DNA of 64,000 bases from Bigelowiella natans CCMP2755 (Eukaryota > Protista > Cercozoa), in the NCBI GenBank assembly GCA_000320545.1, contig ADNK01002618.1, positions 1 through 64,000 on the forward strand. The letters are read 5' to 3'. A program made the position numbers and the translations under genes. This document shows, one piece after another, positions 54,702 through 64,000 of this stretch; within the stretch, counting starts at the first letter, position 1; the number at the start of each line of letters is the position of its first letter. The notes below the pieces were generated by a model that did no database searches, was not told the origin of the DNA, and was given only the letters and a program-made list of their open reading frames with translations.

Positions 54702-55759
54702 AAATGAAACAGGGAAAAGAGTGTTAGAAAAACTATTAGTGGATAATAAGTTAAGTTGCTAAATTTTAACATGCATGTTCATGAAATGATGAAATGATTT
54801 TCGTAGAAGTCACTTTGCCCATGCCCTTGGGGATTGTTGACATGAAATAACACGAGAAAATCAACGCCATGGACACAGCATGTGCTGCACATTGTCGTCG
54901 ATCATTGAACGGCCCGAGGTCGAGCAAAATCGATGCACACCGAGCGACTATACGACACGTGCTAGATGCTTGATCTGAACATCGAACCCGCTGAGACCGC
55001 GAACACGATTTCATTCATCTAGTCATGCTAGCATGATCTCTTCTTTGTTTGCCCCTCCCCTCCCGCTCTCCTATGTACTCGCTTGTTTTCAGGCGATGTC
55101 GTGTGCATTCGATCCCTGTTCACGCAAGAATTTTTCAATTTTCGCCCGCTGGCAGGCGTTGAAAAATGAGGTGCTACTAGGCTGAAATTCGAAAAAAAAT
55201 CAAATTTGAACCCCAAAACAGGCTCCAGTGTGCTTCCAATGTCCAATTGCAACGATTGAGCGCGCCAGGCCGCAGGCGCAAAGCACAGTTTGTTCAAAAC
55301 CCACTCGTTACCGGGATTGATGCAGTTGTGTTGTGTGAATCGATGCACATGTACACTGCCGCCACGAACATGTCCGAGCTGACTAAGGCATTCAGTCATA
55401 CAGCCATGCACACAAAACTGAAGCACTGATCGTTGCATGGCTAGTTGGCGGCACACATTTATTAGATTAAGTCAGCAAGCTCAGAGCTCCTCAGCACAGT
55501 ACGTAGTCACGCAAAAACAACGCTGCCACGGTAGTCATGTACATGTAGGCTACACGTCGGTAGTTTAATGTGTCGTCCGGGCTTCACATTCAACGCAACG
55601 CATCGATCAAATCGTCCGATCCGTCACATCAGAGATACGTGTATTCTTGTACGTGCAATCGCAAATCTTTTACCAGATCAATAGATGGCATGTACATTAT
55701 CAAATCAGCAAGAAAAATTAATCTCGCAATCTATAATTAGGGAAATTAGGTCACATCAT

Positions 55760-56977
55760 TTATAACTCATCGTGTCCAGAAGAAGCTTCCTCATCCTCTT
55801 CATCATCTTCATCGTCCTCTTCATCATCTTCATCTTCCTCTGCAGCCTTCTCTGCAGCCTTTCGCGCAGCTTCTTCAGCTTCCTTTTTCTCCTTTTCTGC
55901 ATCGTCGAACATCTTCTTCTCCGCATCCCTCATGTCAGAAGAGAAAGTATCTTTCATGAAGCTGTCAGCTTCCTCAGCACTGTCGGTGATGATGAGATTG
56001 TCGAAGATGGTTCCGGATTTCACTTGCCAGAGGTCAAAAGCAACAGCTCCAAGATCTTCATAATGATAGATAGAGTCATCCTCTGCATATTCGGGGTTAG
56101 CAATCATAGGGTGAACCCAAGGTCCTTTGTAGTCAGGGTTCTTAATCCTCTTTGCCTTCCACTCTCCCTTGTACTCTGGGTTATCAATCATAGGAGCCTC
56201 GTATTCTCCATCAGCTTCATCATCCCAGTCTTCAGGCTTTTCTGCTTCAGGGTCGACGATCTGCGCAGGAATGTCATCCCATCCCTCAGGCTTCTTATCC
56301 TCAGGATCATCCATCATCTCCTCATCAACCCAGTCTTCTGGCTTGCTCTGCTCAGGATCCTTGATCTCTTTTGCGGGTAGGAAGTCCCAGTCCTCAGTCA
56401 AGCTTCCAGATGCCTTTTCTTCGCCATCAATCTTAACAATGTAGGTCTGATCGGGCTTCACAATCAGGGTGTAGACGTGCGTGAGCTGGTCGTCTTCACA
56501 CTTGATGTCCTTCTTAATAAGATGTTGTTTTCCCTTGTAGGTGAAGATCACGTGCACCTTCTTGGTGCTGTAACCGCAGATATCAGGGCCAAACATAATG
56601 GAATACTTCTCCTTGGTCTCCTCATCGAGCGCTGCCCCGTCGAAACCTTTTGGGAACACCTTTACGTATCCACCACCGCAGTCGATCTTTTGTGCATGCT
56701 TGACAGAGAACTGGATGACCAAGTCCTTATCCTTATTATCAAATACTTCGTCGAAGTTTGCAGTGAGGGCGTAAAACTTAGCGTCCTGGGTAGTCTTCAG
56801 ACCCTGGTCCTTTTCGGCGTCTCCGTACCACTCTCCTGAGGAGAGCTCCCACGCTCCATCGAATTTTTCTACGCTGGACTTAACCCACTTATCCATATTA
56901 TCAAAGGTATCTTTAAGGTAAACCTTGCCCGCAATAAGGGGGAGTACTGTAAGGAGGAGGGGTGTAGAGAGCCTCAT
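55760..56977 (-). CDS. CALR: Calreticulin, intronless
   Basis: Signal peptide, KHAQKIDCGGGYVK, IMFGPDICG, P-domain KPEDWD repeats, DLWQVKSGTIFDN, acidic tail and HDEL. Confidence 0.97.
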   Translation of the reverse strand: MRLSTPLLLTVLPLIAGKVYLKDTFDNMDKWVKSSVEKFDGAWELSSGEWYGDAEKDQGLKTTQDAKFYALTANFDEVFDNKDKDLVIQFSVKHAQKIDCGGGYVKVFPKGFDGAALDEETKEKYSIMFGPDICGYSTKKVHVIFTYKGKQHLIKKDIKCEDDQLTHVYTLIVKPDQTYIVKIDGEEKASGSLTEDWDFLPAKEIKDPEQSKPEDWVDEEMMDDPEDKKPEGWDDIPAQIVDPEAEKPEDWDDEADGEYEAPMIDNPEYKGEWKAKRIKNPDYKGPWVHPMIANPEYAEDDSIYHYEDLGAVAFDLWQVKSGTIFDNLIITDSAEEADSFMKDTFSSDMRDAEKKMFDDAEKEKKEAEEAARKAAEKAAEEDEDDEEDDEDDEEDEEASSGHDEL

Positions 56978-58030
56978 ACTAAGTTTTGTGTCAACGAGCA
57001 GACGACTGTGTTGTGATGCGAATGCCTTGTGATTTTGAGGCTTTAAGTTGTATGAAAGCCTTACATATGATGGTATTTGTTGCCAATTTTTAAATAAATC
57101 ACATGTCGTATACTATTTATCTAATGTATCCGTGCAGGTAGCTAAATGTAAATATTACATACTAGGATCTTGAAGGTGACATGCGCAAGCGAATTTGCTC
57201 CTGCTGCCTCAGTACCAGAAGAAATCTTTTAATAAGAGCCATTTTCATTCATTCATTCGAATTACGTTCAATATTTCACTAAATTACATTCAAATTCGCT
57301 GAATTTCAAAGGAATGCGCAAGAAAACAATATCTGAGTTAGATTTCGGAACCAACGTCAGCAGGCAAAGGGGATCTAAACCACAAAATACGGCGACAACA
57401 GCATTCGCTGACGAGAATCCAGGTCGATTCTGTCGATCCCCATTTTACTCAGATCGAAATAAGAATATAAGTTTGAAAATATACAGTAATATAGCTATAT
57501 ATTTTGAAAAATATATGTCGATTAAATCAATTGCAACGTCACTAGATACATTCATATAATTGTATGTTTTCCTTCAGTCTGAAGAATCACAGTCAGATTC
57601 GCGAAATGTTACTACGTGACGAAAACATTTGCCTCTCCGAGATTCACCAGAAACTGCGACAAGGAATTAGCAAATTCACCCGCTAACCACTTCGCGTCGT
57701 ACTCCTGTCTGGCAATTTTGCGCATTGTCGCTTTAAGGTATAGTGTTGATGAAACTTACCAACGAAGAACCTTAATTTTGTTGAATTTAAGGAATATGAA
57801 TTTGTCGTATTAATATATTAAAACATAATTTGGATTTATTATGCTACTTAACCACATATGAGACATCTAACGAACTCTGTTTGGATTCCCTGTAGCTAAA
57901 GGAAGGTGTAAGAATGCGACTATAAATGCCGTTTCGTTTACCCTTAGGACAAATTATTTTGTTGTCGTAGTAGAAAGTATACCGGATTTTCATATAAATC
58001 AGAGAGCATTCGTGCTTCAGTTAAGGTTGA

Positions 58031-59238
<1,208 letters not shown>

Positions 59239-60014
59239 TTGAGAGTTCACTTTTTTGTAGCTAGCTTTAGTGATCTGCCGTAACTTTTAGTCTAGAGCGT
59301 AAACCAAGTTGAATTGATGTGCGTCGTAGCAGTTTCAGCACATCGTGGACAGTGGGTTATAGGGTGTTGTCGCTGATTGCCACACTGTGCACGCGTAGAT
59401 GTCTAGATGTAGCTGCGATGGAATAGCGCGTGCCCTGCTAGCCTGGCTTGCATCATTCGATCATCGTTCGATTCGTTCATGGCATTGCGCGTTGCCACGC
59501 ACGCCTAACTTAGCCGGAGCCTGGCGCGGCGCGGCGCAGCGCAACGCACAACATCATTGATCGGCAGGTCTAGAGGTCCATCTGATTGTCTGCGATGGAT
59601 GTGTGCATCGATCGAATTCTTTCCAGCTACTACTAGACGACTAGATGAGTGTTTCAAGAAGTTCGATTCTGAAAATCATCCCTTCGTTCCCAAACATGCG
59701 TGCGAAGAGTGAAATTCCCTGACAAATTTGCGCATGTTGCCTTGCAATCCAGTGTTACTAGCAGATGTTGGACAGATGTGCCATGCTAGAGCATGGTGTA
59801 GCTGGCTAGCTAGCTAGCTGGAGCGCTCCACAATGATGATTGCAAACGTGAAATTTGGATGCATTCACTGCTGCTCGGTGACAATGCGAGGCTGCGCCAC
59901 AAATGAAAGGAGAGCTGCTCATTGCTTTTGCCACATCAGAGATGAGCTACTAACTCACGAAAGCTGAATTGTTATAGTAGGGAGTAGGGCAGCTAGATTC
60001 ATGTGTCTTACATG

Positions 60015-63000
60015 TCAAGGATTAGTAGATTTAATTCCTTCGCTTTCATTCTTATTTGCAGTTGACGAGCGGGAAGAGGAAACCCTGTTACCGTTAGTCG
60101 GACTGACATTACTACTTCCCTCCGTCGACGGACGGTTCATCTGCCCTTGTCCTCCTGACATTCTCCGAACGTTGCGAGTGCCCACATTCAAAGTTTTCGC
60201 GGGCAACTTATTTTGTGAATTCGCTGCTTCCAGTAGATCCTTTATACCTGAAATTATGGCGTTGCTCAAAACTGGCATGCTACATAGAGAATAAAGACGT
60301 ACCACTGTTAGATAGATTATGAGTATGAATACTCGAGAATGCAGAATAACTGGCTCTTCGCTTGGTGACACCCTAGAAGTGGATAACTCAGAAGTGCAAC
60401 ATTTAATATATTCTTTGCACACCTTTATTGCAGGGCTGTTTGATTCCGCGGTTGAGAGCAAAGACAAGGCTGGTGGTGCTATTGTGAACCACAAATTAGA
60501 TATTTCCTCGCCACGTTCACGAAACAGTGTTTACCGAAGTCATTGATCATGCTACTTTTTCTGGTAGTGTTTGTACCATCCACGGTATTTTTTCGAGCCA
60601 TACGGTCACGGTAGCTGCTATCCGTTGAGAGCCTACAGAATATCTACTGAAAGATTGACGGGAAAATCAGTACATAGAAATGCTCTTACGATGAAGCATG
60701 ATAACTTCTCAGTTTCACTTGTTGGCTTCGTGGTGTAGATCCCCTGTGGGTGAAAAATGGTGTCGAACTCCTTTGATATTTAGTATCTTTGCCCTCCTAA
60801 TGAAAAATACTCTCTCATAATTTGAAGGTAATTTCCATTAAGAATGTTTATTTGAAATTACTTTCTTCAGCGCTGCCCTTGGCGATTGCGAGTGTGTTGA
60901 TGATAATCCATGAATAAGTCCTTATAAATGATATTTACGTTAAGATGATATCACACATTAACTGATTAACTGATACTATTGATATTATCCTATCCCACCT
61001 TGTCCGAATACGTATTTAGGAACATTGTTCCGAGATCCACGAGATCGCTCACGAGAATGAGGAGTTGAAGCAACCCTTTCATTTGAACTAAATGAATTTG
61101 TATGCAAGCGAGAAATATCAAACTGTGCATTACCGAACCCGAATGACACTCTTACGCGACGAAACGCGCTCTGTTGGTGCATTTTGTGGATAACAACAAT
61201 AGGGTCGAACTGGAACTTTTGAGTAATACCTAAAGTTATTTAATTTACATCGAAATCGTTTTGATGTGAGTCAGGCTTATTACAGATAGTAAATGTTTGC
61301 TGCCAGAGGGACGAAGTAGGTGACGTCCGAAGCCAAATTATAATCCTGATAAAAAATCTCATTTCCATTCACAATGAAAACTGAAGAAGACGTTGCTACC
61401 ATATTTTGGCCTTCGACTACTTCCTGCATACTGATCAATCAAAAATGTTATTATTGGAGTACAATGAGATACGTAAAATGGAGTATAATGAGATATGTAA
61501 AATGGAAATTACGTTTTTCTACTTATTACAGCGGCGGTCCCAAGGTATGCAAGAGCGCCAGAACACAACATTGAAATAATCCTTGTAGATATTGTTAAAC
61601 GTAAGCAAACGTCTTTCTTGTTAAATTTAAAGCTAACCCAGAGTTCAAAATCATTCGCCGAAAATGTGATTGGACGGAATCATAGTGGATCTAGATAAAA
61701 AAGAGTGTTTGGATAGACAATTGGATCAAATGGTAGTAGTACCTCAAGTTCAGATGTATCCCTTTTATTACGATCTTCTGCCAAATGCAACTGCTGCAAT
61801 CTTTTAATCTGATTTATTTAATATATAATTTAAACCGATAAAATCACATTTATTTATTTGTTTAACTCGATTCTTGAGTCTCGAGAAAGACCCGCAGACG
61901 TAAAGTCCAAGGCAAGCAATTGCGAATGAGTTCCCAAAAAAACCGATCGATGCCCAAAGGAAATCCTTTATAAACTCAAACTTAATTGCTCGGATAAGTA
62001 AAGAGGAATAACTCATAATTGCCAACCTCAAAAATGTTGATAAAAATTATGCTTGCAATCCCCGTGATTATGATGAACGACGCGAAACCAACATATCTGA
62101 AAATATTTTCTTTGTCAAATTATCAAGAAAGGTAAAATTCTAGAAGGATTCAGTGGCTTGATGCTTACATCCACGCCTGTATTTTTTGAGTTTTCTCTCC
62201 GAATCCTTGGGAGATTCTAGAAGATTTTCGAAAGGTCCTACATAATCAAATTTGTTCGTAACAAATTCATATAAAATAAAACGAAGAGTTGTACGTATGG
62301 AGAGTAAATGCGATGTAAACAGCTGGAACAGTTAAGGTGACCTTAGAAGCATTATAAACATTCGTCAAGGAACACAACCAAGTGGAACACAGTGACATGG
62401 AAACGGTACCACGAAAGAGTTGAAAATAACAACAAATGTTCTCCATCCGTACAGTTGTCCATGGAAATCCATAAAGAATCCAATGAAAAGAAGACTGTAA
62501 TAGAAATGAAATCAGAGAAAACCAAGTTCTTATTGTGCGCACTGTTCTTAGATCAACAATATCATACGCGTTCAAGAGCTCAGCATAATGGAGGTTCTTT
62601 TTTGGCTTGGCCTTTGTTGGGCTCGAGATCTGCAAGATTGCATACACAGCCTGCACAAAGGCTATCGCGAGCTTCACGCCATCCGTAAAGAACCATATCG
62701 GATCCGTATCATTCATTGTGGCCAATTTTGCATAAACCCCGCGAATGAGGGCAAGACCAATGGAGGATGTATGGTTGCCTGTTCTGTGATGCAAAAGTTC
62801 TTTTTCAGTTATTTCAAATTCATCACAACGCCCATAATCGCTCGGGTGCGACTTAGTCTCTTCCTTGTCGTAAAGTTCTTCATGAAAGCTGTTGAGCTCG
62901 ACTATGTTGGCAAATTCGAGTGGGTGTTCAGAGGTGTGCTACATGCAATATGCATGTGTCGTAGATCCAGAACAAACGACAATTCCGATAAACTCACCCT

Positions 63001-63725
63001 AAGCGGTGTCTGTTTTTCAAATTTGAGAGCTTTTCCCGCATTTTTCTGCCACTTGAGAGTTCATTCAAGCAAGTTCGCCTTTCCTAATTCTGAGATTTGC
63101 GATTGAGATTCTGATTCCCGGCCATTTGCCGAGAAAGAAAGTCTGGAGCAGCACAATCTTACAACGGACAACGTCGGGCGATTCGAGCCTAACCTGCTCA
63201 TTGAAGAGGGCATCAGAGACGGAGTCGACTGCAATAATTCGGTCAGCATTTCTTGTGAAACAGCTCTGTGCGTTCGAATTTTGTGCTGCTCACAGCGCGC
63301 GTAAAAAAGTCTACTACTTAATGCCCTGAAGGAAGCAAAAATTACATTTGAGCCAGCTTCAAAGCGTGTTATTTTTTACTGCGAGCCTCGAAAAATCGAG
63401 GAACTCGCCGCTCCAACATAAATGTCATTACTATTGTGCACAAATGGCCAAGCATTTTCACTTTTTATTGGTTTAGCTGAGGGCAAATTCCAAACACAAT
63501 GGAGTCATCCCCAAGTTATGACCTGGCCTGGGTTGTATCTGGTTCGAATTTGTCTGTGCCCTTTGTGTGAATTATCCTGATGGAATTCTTTATGCAGACA
63601 CTTTGAAGCTTATCGTCATAACTGGTGAAATAGCATATGGAATCTCCAACCTTGACATAAGTGGAGCAAAAGACGTTGTTAATAGGTGTTGAATCTTTGA
63701 GCTTTGAGGCAATGCAATGACACAA
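60015..63725 (-). CDS. Hypothetical multi-pass membrane protein with Ser-rich C-tail (one or possibly two genes; exon structure unresolved)
   Basis: Hydrophobic exon segments (SIGLALIRGVY, FFTDGVKLAIAFVQAVYAIL, YVGFASFIIITGIASIIFINIF, FLWASIGFFGNSFAIACLGLYV) are separated by short AT-rich GT-AG introns. The terminal exon is probably the Ser-rich end of the ORF at 60015. Confidence 0.4.
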
Positions 63726-64000
63726 TTAAAAAATGATACTAAACAATCAGACTTTCTCTGGCAGGAAACTTTGCATTCTTCATTTATGTACTGGTATTAA
63801 TTAAAAATAATTCTCATGTTCTGAACCTTTTAATAATTGATCATTCTAATGTTAACATCGAAGGGACTTCACGAACCTGTTTATTACGGATATCAAGCTG
63901 TCGTTGTTCTCTCAACTACTACATATGTAAGAATACTTGCCAATTTTTCAGTCCTAACCAACATTAATTTTAAAGATCTTTTCATTTTGTAAATTTTGCC

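Noticed and set aside
55772-56839. Plus-strand ORFs over calreticulin, and antisense ORFs over the OPR, ankyrin and POR genes
   Set aside because: Shadow ORFs caused by codon bias of the true gene; no motifs.
61455-61506. 24-bp tandem duplication
   Set aside because: Only two copies with no spacers, in an intron. It is a slippage duplication, not a CRISPR-like array.

Overview
Gene-dense nuclear DNA from an intron-rich eukaryote. It is most likely an alga with a secondary plastid (chlorarachniophyte-like); this is inferred from a nucleus-encoded protochlorophyllide reductase, an OPR protein with a signal+transit-like leader, TOP6A and microsatellite-filled introns. Exons were assembled by eye from GT..AG boundaries. 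Genes: erlin (runs off the left edge), TOP6A/SPO11-3, a CPFC-type GST, a DUF819 membrane protein, an ABHD/YheT-type hydrolase, two ankyrin proteins, QCR7, an intronless OPR protein, a gamma-butyrobetaine-dioxygenase-like enzyme, mitochondrial ACP, a DnaJ protein, a POR spliced in frame to a 2Fe-2S domain, a RING-like protein, calreticulin, proteasome alpha-4, and two hypothetical proteins. The most striking unexplained signal is non-coding. Some kb-scale tracts have almost no TpA except inside CTAG (37061-38837: 8 TpA in about 1.78 kb, all CTAG). Weaker tracts show a graded survival of CTAG > CTA or TAG > other contexts. This looks like the footprint of a targeted, two-strand, context-specific A>G (TA>TG/CA) hypermutation, roughly the reverse of fungal RIP. 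No RNA genes, CRISPR arrays or intact transposons were recognised.
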